Positions 27,580-38,778 are shown, numbered from the stretch's first letter. The stretch: DNA of 64,000 nucleotides from Geosiphon pyriformis uo1 (GCA_016748015.1 JAAOMT010000261.1:198733-262732), one strand, 5' to 3'. Numbers and translations: made by a program. Notes: a model not told the origin generated them from the letters alone.

Positions 27580-27950
27580 ACATCCAAAAGTCACAAGAAA
27601 AACAAAAAAAAAGACACAATAACCAATTACCAGATAAACCAGTTAAATTTAAGATTGGAGACAAAGTATTTCTACATTATACCAAAGTGGAAAAACAATA
27701 GAGTAGAAAATTTGACTCCAAATGAGACAGATCATTTCACATAGAAGAAATTCTAGGAAATAGAGCTTATAAATTAAGGTTGAATAACAAAATCTTAACC
27801 AAAACAGCACATAGTGATCAACTGAAACTATATTACCATATAGTATCATTATTTATCAGTAATATTCCACAATTAAAAGTACAGAGAATACTAGTCCAAC
27901 CAGATGAGATTCTATGAGATTTAGAACCAATTATTATTATCAACATTAAC

Positions 27951-28641
27951 ATGTCAAATTGAACAACTAAAAAAAATATAAAGACATGGTAAATGTGACA
28001 AAAGACATCAAAAAAATAGAAATTACTGATGATATTCACTAGCACAACAATTCTTTCAACTGATACAACAACAAGAAATAAAAATTACAATTAATCAACA
28101 AATCATCAGATACAAAAACACCAGAAAGAGACCACAAGATAAAATACAGTGAAAAACAAAAAACATTATTAACAAAATAATTACAAAGATGAAATTGGCA
28201 ATAAAAGCACAACCAAAAATCACCCAATATCAAGAGTTGATGATAGAAACATGGAATTGGTAGACACAACAATTTTCAAGAAACTTTTGCTATTTCCACT
28301 TGAGACAACATCTAAATATTTAGAACTTATATACAGACAAAACAAAGTGATTATTTGATCCAGAAATATTACAACAACTTGAACAATTTGTGAGAAAAAA
28401 CAATCTAACCACACAAGTATAAGCCATCTATTAATTACAAATTGAATTTCAAGACCAACCAGAAATCTTACTCAATTTAGCAATAGACTTTATTACTGTT
28501 AACCAAATAAGAAAAATAACTAATGCCCAATTTGAAGAATTACAGAACAAGATAACACAAATAATTCTCGAGAAAGAAGTTTAAGAAATACTCAAAGATG
28601 GAGCATTAGAGTTAGGAGATCTCAATAGAGCTCAATATTAA
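27951..28641 (+). pseudogene. E2 ORF3, unknown protein (decayed)
   Basis: CYFHLRQHL ... ITVNQIRKITNAQFEELQNKITQIIL aligns with E3 ORF3; start position uncertain. Confidence 0.62.
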
Positions 28642-28654
28642 AAGGAGGGAATAA

Positions 28655-29516
28655 TGTTACTCATAGAATATAAAAAGAATATTAGTATATAAATTAGCCA
28701 ATCAGAAGTAGATATAGTAAAATGTGGAATTCCAGGATTCTTCCCAGAGGAATTGCAGGATTCCAGAAATTTCAGAATTCTCGTATAAGGAATTGCAGGA
28801 TTCTAGAATTCCAGGATTTCTCTTAAAAGAATTGCAGGATTCCAAGAATTCTAGAATTTTTGGAGTGAAAAATTGAGAAATTGAGAAATCTCAATTATAT
28901 ATATATAGTAGTAGTGTTAAAAATAAAAAAAACAGATCTCTCAGTTTAGTTTTGATCAAAAACAACCTTTCCATTCACAAATATCAATAAATAATTATTC
29001 ACTATCTTAATCCATTCTCTGTTATCAATACTTTATATTAATAGTAACAAATACTTAACCATGCTGGAACAATAGCTCTTAATCACAGCTATTAATGGGA
29101 TACTAATATTTATTGCTTTGACTTACTTTCTTTATTTTTTTTTCTTTATTTTTTTTATTTTATTTATTTTCTTTTGTTACTTCTTGTCATTAACTAATTG
29201 ATTAAAAATTAAGCACTGAGTTACAGATATTATAGGGACTGGTAAAAAATCTGTAAAACAAGGATAAAGAACTTATAGATTTGAAAATAGCTTACTAGGA
29301 GAATTACTAGCCACCATACTGATAAAAAAATTTGATAGAATTACAATTCCGGAAGGTTACTAAAACAATCATTAAATTTTTATTCATTATACAAAGGACT
29401 CAATCAAAATCTTTAAATAACCAAAACCTTCAGATATTACCAACAATATCAAATAAATTAGCACCAAGTTACAAATTTGTTATTTGATTTGAGACCTCAA
29501 ATAATTACCTGTAACA
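28655..29516 (+). repeat. E2 3' LTR (862 bp)
   Basis: Preceded by PPT at 28640-28650; TGTTAC..GTAACA; ~39-bp tandem repeats at 28725-28860. Confidence 0.9.
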
Positions 29517-30739
29517 ATAGCTACTTTTTTAATAAAAGCTTTATTTAATGTAAAATAGCATTTGTGGTTCTAAATATAAGAATTAAGCTTATAATTTTGA
29601 AGATAAATTTATTGGTTTTCACCATAAAGTTAATTTTTTCAAGTTTAAAAACATGCAAAAAACTCAACTTATTACTTAAATTTATTTTTATATTGCTTAT
29701 TTTTGACTCCAACTATTATTGAAAAGCTTTTATTTAAATTGAATTGTAATATTGTTCTTGTTGCCTGTATCAAAAACGATTTGTTATATTGTAATATTTA
29801 CTTTTAAATTGTTGAGATTTTTGGTATTTTATCTGGTTTTAATTTATTATTTATTTCTTTAGCTATTATCTAATCTTTAGCATATATATTTCTAAGCAAA
29901 AACATTCATTTAAGTATTTGTTTAACTGTATCTAATATTTGTTTAATTATTAAATATTGTGTTTTCACACAATACTCATTCTTTATTTTAAAAGTAATTA
30001 ATATTAATAATAAGTTCTATAACTGTAAATACATTTTGTTCTAGATTTTATATTTGTTTAATATTTGTATATTAATTAAAAAATTATATGTATATTCATG
30101 TATTTTTATATCTTTAGCAATAGATTTTAGTGTATAATTTATAATATATATATATATGTAATTTTTAAATCAAAGTAATTGGTTTATCTATATAATAATT
30201 TTTTGATTAACTTTAAAACTTTTTTTTAATATTATTTTTAAAATATGATATTATATTAGTGTATTTACATGCTCTTAACATTGCTCTCTAAGCACAAAAT
30301 TTTTTTTTGCTTATTTTATAAATGAGTAGATATATTATAATAAGTATATAATAAAATTTTATTATTGAATTGTTTTAATTTATTTAAGTAATAAACATAT
30401 TTTGCCAATTAACCAATAGATTTGTTGCTATTTTGTGTTTTTTAATTTGTTGTTTAAATATGTATTCTATTTTATAAAAATGGTTTATTTATTTAAAATA
30501 TAAGTAAAATTTAGAAGCATTTAACTGTTTAATATTATATATTGAATTAATGAATACTTATAACCAAATAATATTGTGCTATTTATATGTATTGTAATAC
30601 CAACTTTGTTTTAAATACTATTAACTAATTGATTTTTATAATACCACAATATATCTTTTTCTTTGTAAAAATTAAAAATAAATGTGTTACTATTTATTTG
30701 TTATAGTGTTAAAGTTTTTTGATCTTTTTTTATTAATAC

Positions 30740-31883
30740 TGTTATTAGTAAAATTTTAGTTATTAATTAGCATAAAGTTATCTTCATAATTTGTATTATT
30801 AATTAGTATATATTATTATTATTTCAATTATTTTGAATCATTATTTTAATATTATAGATAGTGCTTAAACTTCAATAGAACTCAGTCTTAAGAAGAAGAT
30901 TATATTACCAGTAGAATTTTAGCTATTAATTAGCATAAAGTTATTCTTATAATTTCTATTATTAATTAATATATATTATTATCATTTCAATTATTACTTA
31001 TTATTTAATCAAATTATTAAATATCATCATTTAATTAATAACCCAATTTGTACCATAGAAATTAAAATGATTAAATTACACAATACTCTGAACCATTTAA
31101 TATTCAAAAATTCGTCGAAATTAGCAAAAATTGGCCGAAATAATTAATAGTTTGTGGAAATAACTTGTAGTTTGCTAAAATATATCTTTAATTTACCAAA
31201 ATTATAGTAAAGAAAAAAGTGTAAGTTTAAAGACTAATACTATAACAAGTTGTATAAAAGAAAAGCTTTTCTCTTCAAAAAAATATATCTTATCATAGTA
31301 TTTTACCTTTTAGATATCTTAATTAGAAACAAATTATTTCTTATATACCTTTTACCAAATCAAATAAAAATTAAATATTCAAAAACCAAATCTTTAATTA
31401 TTATACTTGAAATTTCATCAAGACAACTAACATTTTAAAATTGATTAGTTACCAATTTCAGTAATCTGTTAGTGACTTCAGGTCTGGATAGAAAACGTTT
31501 CTTTTAACACAATTCTATTTCTTTTATATTTCTTTTATATTTCTTTTATTTTTCCTTTTTTTTCTTATTATAATTATTAAGATAGCCTACAGATGAGATT
31601 TCTGTAGAAAAATTGACTTTTACAGCAAAGTAACTACATATTTTTAATGAGCTTCCAGATAAGCAATTCCTGAAAAAGAGTTGACATTTACTACAATATA
31701 ATTAGATAAAGTAACTAGTATGAAATTGGTTATTCTACTTATAAGTCCAGCAATTCAAATTATAGGAGATAATTTGAAGATAAATTTAGTTATCAAAAAT
31801 TCAACTACTTCTTAAGAACATGAATTTACAGCAAATAGACATTAACAACATTTAATAAAAAAGACCAAAAACCTTTAATAATA
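30740..31883 (+). mobile_element. Internally deleted E3-family element (5' LTR stub + ORF3 tail + PPT + full 3' LTR 30903-31883)
   Basis: Reverse complement of the E3 LTR and of E3 17927-18005; TSD ATAC (30736-30739, 31884-31887). Confidence 0.85.
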
Positions 31884-32602
31884 ATACAAATAAAATAAAG
31901 CTATTAGTTCTAGAAGTCCTAATTGTCAATATAATTACTATATTTTTTTCAATCTTAAGAAAAATAAGTCTAAATATAACTCCAATTAATAGCTTTTTGA
32001 CTATTTTATTATTATTAAAACCAAAAACAGCTGGTCCAGAATATGTTGTTTTTTTCCAAAAATATTATAATTTATATATTATTTATTACTTAAAATAAAA
32101 TTAGAAAAATCTTACTAGTTTTACTTCTACTAATACAAACAAATCCTGGTTGTAATAGATTTTTTTCATTTGAACAACTGCTATAATAAATTAATATTAA
32201 TTGAACATACTATTAACATGTATATAAAGTTAATATAATATAGATAAAGAAGTAGTATTGTCATTTTCTAATCACTAGAGCACCCACTAATTACGAGCAT
32301 AAGGACCATAGTGTAAATTAGGTGATATTATACTCTCTGTAAGTAAAAAAATAATTTTTAAAAGTAAGTTTTGCATGTTGTTACGGGATGGTTTTCTTGT
32401 TATATTTAATTGCTGATATCCCGCTTTAATTGCAATCAGTCTTTCGTGAGTTCCTCAATTCTATTTGTGTGATAATGTCACTGTTACACTGAAGGCTTTC
32501 TTTTTACTGTTGTGATGTAAGTTATTCTTTAATTCTTGATTGTTGTGTGTGTTTATGTACTNNNNNNNNNNNNNNNNNNNNNNNNNNNNNNNNNNNNNNN
32601 NN

Positions 32603-32816
32603 GCATGTTAAATAAGATAGTTTCTTTTTCATCTGTGGTTATAACTCTTAATAGATTATCTGGATTTTGTCGATTCCGGTAATAAAGTATGTGATTTTAG
32701 ATGAAATAATGTTTTGCTAATTTTTGGAGCTTAATTAGCTCTTTTACTGGCATTTCTTCATCTATTTGTAGTGTTTCCAAGTATTGGCTGAGGTTTTTGT
32801 AAAGGTGGTTGTTCAT
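32603..32816 (-). pseudogene. E4 integrase N-terminus (remainder in gap)
   Basis: ATG at 32816, MNNHLYKNLSQYLETLQ, similar to E3 MDPRNYSNLKNYLETL. Confidence 0.75.
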
Positions 32817-32845
32817 TGTTGTTGTGGTGGGTGGGTTGGTGATTT

Positions 32846-34039
32846 TTATGTGTGTCTCATTCTTGACAAACAGTCGGCATTAGCATTTTTGGTACCTTCT
32901 TTGTATTTGATAATATAATTGTATGGTGCTAACGTTTGTAACCATCTGGCGTATTTTCCTTTTAATGCTTTCTTGTTATTTAACCAGACCAGACCTCTAT
33001 GATCTGTTGTAATCTCAAAGGGTTGGTACCGTAAATATGTGTCAAAGTGAACACAACTCCAGACTACTACTAAGCATTCAAGTTCATGTACTGCGTAGTT
33101 TTGTTCTGCCGTACTGAGACTTCTGCTGGCATAAGCGATTACACATTCTCTTCCATTATCATCTTTTTGTGACAGAATGGCTCCAAGTCCAGTTCCAGAG
33201 GCATCTGTGGCCAAAATGAATTTCTTGTTGAAATTCGGATAGATCATTATTGGTGATTCAATGAGCTTTTGTCTAAGGTACTCAAAAGCTTTTTGTTGTG
33301 CTTCAGTCCATTCAAACTTCACATTTTTAGATAGTAGGTAATTAAGGGGTTTGGCGATGTTTGAAAAGTTTTCTACAAAGCGGTGGTAGTAAGATGCGAG
33401 TCCTAAAAAGCTTCTAACTTCTGAGACGTTTCGAAGTACTGGAAAATTTTTCACTTTGTCTATTTTTGATGGATCTGGTTTTATTCCATCTTTTCCAACT
33501 ACGTGTCCTAAAAATGCTAGCTCATTTTTCCCAAAGAAACATTTTTCTAGATTTAGTTTAAGTCCAGCGTGTCTCAATCTCTCAAAAACTTGTTGTAAAT
33601 GTTGGAGATGATCTGTGAATTTTGACAAGAAAACATTTGTATCATCCAAGTAGACAACAACGGATTGCCACAGGATTCCGGAGTAAATTACGTCCATTAG
33701 TCTTTGGAATGTCGTGGGAGTGTTTGTTAATCCAAATGGCATTACATTGAACTCATAATTGCCATTTTGTGTTGTGAATGCTGTTTTATGCCTGTCCTTT
33801 GGGTCCATTTCCACTTGCCAGTACCCACTGGTCAAGTCCAGTGTAGAAAACCATTTTGCTCCTCCAAAAACGTCGAAGATTTCGTCAATTAATGGTATTG
33901 GGTATGAGTCTTTGGTTGTTTTGCTGTTTAGTTTGCAATAGTCGACGCAAAATCTAATTTTTCCGTTCTTTTTCCTTACTAAAACAACTGGTAAGGACCA
34001 TGGGCTCATTGATGGTTGTATTATTCCTTTTTCCAACAT
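32846..34039 (-). CDS. E4 reverse transcriptase-RNaseH (open segment of the polyprotein)
   Basis: 397-aa ORF: RFCVDY, DLTSGYWQ, MPFGL, YLDD, TDAS, ELECL, TDH, NADCLSRM. Confidence 0.95.
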   Translation of the reverse strand: MLEKGIIQPSMSPWSLPVVLVRKKNGKIRFCVDYCKLNSKTTKDSYPIPLIDEIFDVFGGAKWFSTLDLTSGYWQVEMDPKDRHKTAFTTQNGNYEFNVMPFGLTNTPTTFQRLMDVIYSGILWQSVVVYLDDTNVFLSKFTDHLQHLQQVFERLRHAGLKLNLEKCFFGKNELAFLGHVVGKDGIKPDPSKIDKVKNFPVLRNVSEVRSFLGLASYYHRFVENFSNIAKPLNYLLSKNVKFEWTEAQQKAFEYLRQKLIESPIMIYPNFNKKFILATDASGTGLGAILSQKDDNGRECVIAYASRSLSTAEQNYAVHELECLVVVWSCVHFDTYLRYQPFEITTDHRGLVWLNNKKALKGKYARWLQTLAPYNYIIKYKEGTKNANADCLSRMRHT

Positions 34040-34062
34040 GCTTNNNNNNNNNNNNNNNNNNN

Positions 34063-35324
34063 NTTATTCCTAAGTGCCCATTGTCGAAGTATCGGATGTC
34101 GGTCACCTGTTCTAGGTCAGTATAGGCTACAAATTTTTCTGACTCGGGACCGTCAGGTGAGTCTTGTTGATTTATTGATTGATTTTGAGACTGCTGATTC
34201 TCAATTTCCATTTTTCTTTTTAAGTCTCTTTCGTCTTGACACTCTTCACAGCACTGACTTTGGCACGGGATGAGACAGTTTTCGCAGAGGTAAGTGTTGA
34301 TTTGGGCGAGGTATTGTTCTTGCTCTTGTCGAGTGGGGCATAGTTGTTGGTAGTAGTCCTGGAATTCGTCCACTGGGTCAAACATGTTGTAGCTGGCAAC
34401 TTCGTCAGCTACTTCAGCTGACTCTTTCCAACGTCGTATTTTTTCGGCGGTTCCTCCTCTTACTTTGGCTTGTGTGGTGTTGTACAACTCGTCCTCGTTG
34501 TGTGGGTAGTGCTGTAGTCTTTTTAACACTCTGTTGAACGCTGCTTCGAACGGCGTTCCTTCTCTTACCCAGTCACAGATGAGGATTGTGTATTGGCAAG
34601 TTGCGTCACACATTCCTCCTCTGTCTGGTAAGTCGTTCCAGTCGCACCCTCTTGGTAATAGTTCTCCACAAGCGAGGCACAGTTCCTTGTCCCATTTTCT
34701 GTGTCTTTCTGGGTAACCGTATTTTTCTTTGTTACAACGGTTACAATAGTAGTGGGTGGGATTTCTTGGGTCTTCATCCGGTGCGCTGCACGCAGTCATA
34801 GATGAGAGTTTCTTCTTGCAAACCGAGCATTCTAGCTTTGGTCTGCATTGCTGGTGGTTTCTTCATGAACTTACCTGGTTCCATTTGGATCTTTCTTCGC
34901 TGGTCCACATTGGTACGGCTGGTAGTCCTGTTCTTTGGTCATCAGCCCAAGAGAGCTGATAGGTTTCGATGGCTGGTAGTGCTGGATTTTTCTCAAATTC
35001 GAAGGTAGGTCTTTGGTTGGTGCTGGGTTTTTGGAAATGGCCACAGGTGGCTGGAATTTTGGCCTGGTGGCCATTATAATTGATCAGAAGCTCTTGGGTG
35101 GTCCAGTCTAGGGTGGCATTGGCTTTTGTTAGCCAGTCATTCCCTACTAATGCTTGATATTGTGTAGCGTCCATTACTAATACTTTTGTAGGTATTACTA
35201 TGCCGTTAATTTCGAAAGGGAATGAGTCGATTTCGCCATAAGGCAGCTTTGTACTTCCATCGGCTGTTATGATTTGGGACGTCGCAGCACGATCAACTTT
35301 GAAACCCAGTTGGTTTACTAGTTG
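34063..35324 (-). pseudogene. E4 aspartic protease C-half plus Cys-rich domain
   Basis: QALVGNDWL protease motif; multiple CxxC pairs in ORF 33954-34799. Confidence 0.8.
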
Positions 35325-36027
35325 ANNNNNNNNNNNNNNNNNNNNACCATGGGCTCATTGATGGTTGTATTATTCCTTTTTCCAACATGCTTTGGACTTC
35401 TTCTCTGATAAAATTATGCTCCATTGGTGGGACACGGTAAGTGCGTTGTTTTTCAGGTCTGGCGTCTCCAGTGGGGATTTGGTGTTAAACCAAGTTGGTT
35501 CTTCCAAATTCGCCATTTCTTGAAAATATATCAGAGTATTTTAAAATTAATGCTTTTAATTGTCGTTGTTGGTCGGGATCCATTGTTCCAATGTTTAATT
35601 TGGCCAATTCTTCTGGCGTAAATTGATAGCATTCTATCAGTTGTTGCCAATTTATTGAAGTGAGTTCACAGTAGAGGGCAATTTCTGGGAAATTTAGAAT
35701 TTTTTGTGGTGTTGATGCGTTTTCTAGCTCTGTTTCGAGGTATCCAATGATGGTATCTTCCGGAATGTAGACAGGTTCTTCTGTGGTGTTTGCGATAGGA
35801 ATTTTTATCCATTGAGCTTTATCAGCTGGAATAAAAAGGTTAGTAAGTCCTATAAGAAACTGTTGGCAAGTTTCTGGGTAGGGCTCAAATATTAGGTCTT
35901 TTTCTTTAATTGTCCTTTTTATTCTTATTTCTGATTTTCCATATGGTAGGAGCATGATGGACTGCTCATTTTTAATTACTTTGCCTTTTTTCTCTATTGT
36001 TTCAGCGAAATTCGCTTCAATTCCTTT

Positions 36028-36420
36028 TCCTGTCGATCCGAAACCAAAAATTTCTCTCGTTGTTTGTGACAATTCCTCACGATTTTCCACTGGCACGAAT
36101 TTTCCAATTTTTACCAATGGTAGAAAAATTGCTTGTGCAATCTTTTCCTTAGATTCAATGGTATAAGGCTTTTCTGAATTGTTCTGTAGCAAAACCATCA
36201 AATTTCCAGTGTATCCGGAGTCAATTACTCCTCCTTGAATGCTTATTCCTTTTTTCGCGAGGCTTGATTGTGACGCCATTTGAACCATTATTCCTGGCGG
36301 AATTTCAACCGCTAATTTTAGGTCAATTTTGGTGATGCTCCTGGGTGGTAACGTTGTAGATTGGTCTTCCGGATAATGTAGATCGAATCCAGCGTCAGTT
36401 GGATGGGCTCTTTCGGGTAT
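36028..36420 (-). CDS. E4 dUTPase domain (within the polyprotein)
   Basis: DAGFDL, ASQSSL, GGVIDSGYTG, KIAQAI, FGFGSTG. Confidence 0.93.
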
Positions 36421-36699
36421 TATTCCTAAGTGCCCATTGTCGAAGTATCGGATGTCGGTCACCTGTTCTAGGTCGGTATAGGCTACAAATTTTTCTGACT
36501 TGGGACCGTCAGGTGAGTCTTGTTGATTTATTGATTGATTTTGAGACTGCTGATTCTCAATTTCCATTTTTCTTTTTAAGTCTCTTTCGTCTTGACACTC
36601 TTCACAGCACTGACTTTGGCACGGGATGAGACAGTTTTCGCAGAGGTAAGTGTTGATTTGGGCGAGGTATTGTTCTTGCNNNNNNNNNNNNNNNNNNNN

Positions 36700-38148
36700 G
36701 GCTCTGGCAAGCGTAACGGCTTCTGGTAAGGAATTAGGGTGGGCAGGGCATACTCTTCCTAAAATGCTGCTTTTTAATCCTCTAATAAACTGATTTAAAA
36801 CCTGAGGATCAGTGTAGTATCCTTGTTCAATCGCTTCAATCTGACGGCGAATTCGATTGAATCGAGCAAGGTATTGGGTGACAGTTTCACCGGTATTTTG
36901 CTTGATAGTATTGAATTCGTTCTGTAGTTGGATTATGGCGTTTGGGTTGCTAAAATACTCCAGGAGTGCATTTTTAAATTCGGCGAAGCTCGTGAGTTTT
37001 GTTTCCAGGCTTTGATACCACGAGTCGGCTGTGCCTTTCAAGAAGAAAGGTAATGTTTGAATTGCTCTTTGGTCATTTCAGTTATTTGCCTGGATGGCTT
37101 TTTGTGCTTCTCTGAGCCATGTGTGTATGTTCGTTTCTTCTTCCTCTCCTGAGAAATCTGTTAGTCTTGCAATGTATGGTGTGGTCATTTTGTTGCCGTT
37201 TTCTGCTGGTGGGTTTATTGGTCTAAGAGAAGGTGGGATGATATTTCCTTGAGCGTTCCTAAAGGTGGCTTCCCTTATATCCAGTTCTTCCTCTTGATCA
37301 TGAGTTTCTTGGTTTCTGGACTGGCTGCTTGTTCCAGTGACTGGTCTTGTGATTGTTTTTTTGCTGGTCTCTTTTTCGGATTCTGATTCAGACTTCTCTT
37401 CATGGTTTTCAAACCCCATTCTAAATTTTGGCTGAAAAAGAGGATTTTGGAATAGTGATGAATATCCTCCTATAATTGGTATGTTTCCCCAGTTACGTTG
37501 TTTAATTTTATCAATATAACTAGGAGTTCTTGGCGTTTGTGGAGTTGATGTTGATGATGATGCAGCTCCTAATGGAATTTGTATCTTATTTTCTGGTGAA
37601 AAATGGTATGATTTATCTTCTGGTGAATAAATACGTTGTTTCTTTATTGATTGAGTGACAGTTTTCTTTGGCGTTTGAGCTGGTGTTTCTAGTTTTTGCT
37701 GGTTACTTTCCTGATTAGTTTCTAAATTTTCTTTGGTTTTGTTGGCGTGTTCCCTAGTGTTTCCTGTGGATATTGGAAAATTTTCGTTGGCATATTGCTC
37801 AATTTCTCGATGGATTTTGACAATAGTTGCGGCTATTACTGCTATTTCTTTTGTAGTGTATTATGATAATTCTCTATACAATCCAAGTTTTGCGTCATGT
37901 GGTTCTTCTTCCTTTCCTATATGATAATTTATTCTGGCGTTGATATAATAAGTGAGAGCAGATTCTGCTGAACAACACCCTTCTGGTAATCTAAGATCAC
38001 TTTGATTTTGTGTGTAAATAGCATGGCAGAATTCAAGAACAGTAAGATTAGGGGTTTTTGTCGCCACTTTTGTCTTTTCCTTTTTAGCAATGAATTATTG
38101 CTAATTATTATTTCCTTTTTGATTTTCTTTCCTCGTAGGGTTCACCAA
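36700..38148 (-). pseudogene. E4 gag
   Basis: FSGEEE..WL..A.KAI.AN, LPFFLKGTADSWY, QVLNQFIRGL; similar to the other three gags. Confidence 0.85.
38130..38147 (-). promoter_or_regulatory. E4 primer-binding site TGGTGAACCCTACGAGGA (possibly tRNA-Trp)
   Basis: 2 nt inside the LTR end; tRNA identity is a guess from the acceptor stem. Confidence 0.72.
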
Positions 38149-38149
38149 A

Positions 38150-38778
38150 TGTTACGGGATGGTTTTCTTGTTATATTTAATTGCTGATATTCCACTTTAA
38201 TTGCAATCAGTCTTTCGTGAGTTCCTCAATTCTATTTGTGTAATAATGTCACTGTTACACTGAAGGCTTTTTTTTTACTGTTGTGATGTAAGTTATTCTT
38301 TAATTCTTGATTGTTGTATGTGTTTATGTACTCCTTCTTAGAGGCTGAACTGAAATCTATCCACTGTCTGGGGTCTTTTCTGAGGCTATCCTTGCAATTG
38401 CCTGATGTGTTTCTCTAATCTAGAAACACAGAATGTTAATGGTCTTTAGCGCTTTTCTAATTCTCACAATAAAGCTTTTATCAATTAGTAACAATGTGAA
38501 TAATCTTGATCAAGGATTANNNNNNNNNNNNNNNNNNNNTATATACATGTTTGTAGTTCTACGAGAAAATACTTTCTTTTTGATATTTCAACCTGGTGCT
38601 TGCTGCTATCACCAGTTGGTGTTGGCTGCTATTGTAAACTGGTGTTTGCCACTATCGCGAGATGGTGTTTGCTACTATGTTAATCATTACCTTTCTAAGA
38701 TTATTACTGTGCTATATTATGATTGAATAGTTTGTATTATTTTTATGATTCTTTTTGCTAAATTCTTAAACTGTAACA
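38150..38778 (-). repeat. E4 5' LTR (contains an N-gap)
   Basis: TGTTACGGG..CTGTAACA. Confidence 0.88.

Larger units (their letters stand above)
15954..27950 (+). pseudogene. E2 integrase, split by E3 (15954-16957 and 27584-~27950)
   Basis: HHCC, SDQGTHF; rejoining the flanks gives ADNIQKSQEKQKKRHNNQL, matching E1 ADNINNVQKQQKKRHDNHL. Confidence 0.85.
8596..29516 (+). mobile_element. E2: decayed Ty3/Gypsy element with dUTPase, host of the nest (5' end outside window)
   Basis: gag (IPYFLQ, CHYCGKQGHLRIDC), protease LILDSG, dUTPase, RT, RNaseH, integrase split by E3, ORF3, PPT AAAAGGAGGGA, 3' LTR. Confidence 0.92.
32379..38778 (-). mobile_element. E4: youngest Ty3/Gypsy element with dUTPase (gapped, locally mis-ordered assembly)
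   Basis: LTR sequence at 32379-32561 repeats 38150-38332; TSD ATGT (32375-32378, 38779-38782); CpG-rich, long open frames. Confidence 0.93.

Noticed and set aside
29517-32378. Possible decayed DNA transposon around the deleted element
   Set aside because: No terminal repeats or protein motif could be recognised.
32562-32602. E4 apparently lacking integrase core and ORF3
   Set aside because: The region is an assembly gap.
35485-37041. 518-aa gag-dUTPase fusion and dUTPase-before-protease order in E4
   Set aside because: The ORF reads through an N-gap; contig ends overlap (34063-34325 with 36420-36679; ~33997-34043 with 35346-35392), so the block is misplaced and the true order matches E1-E3.
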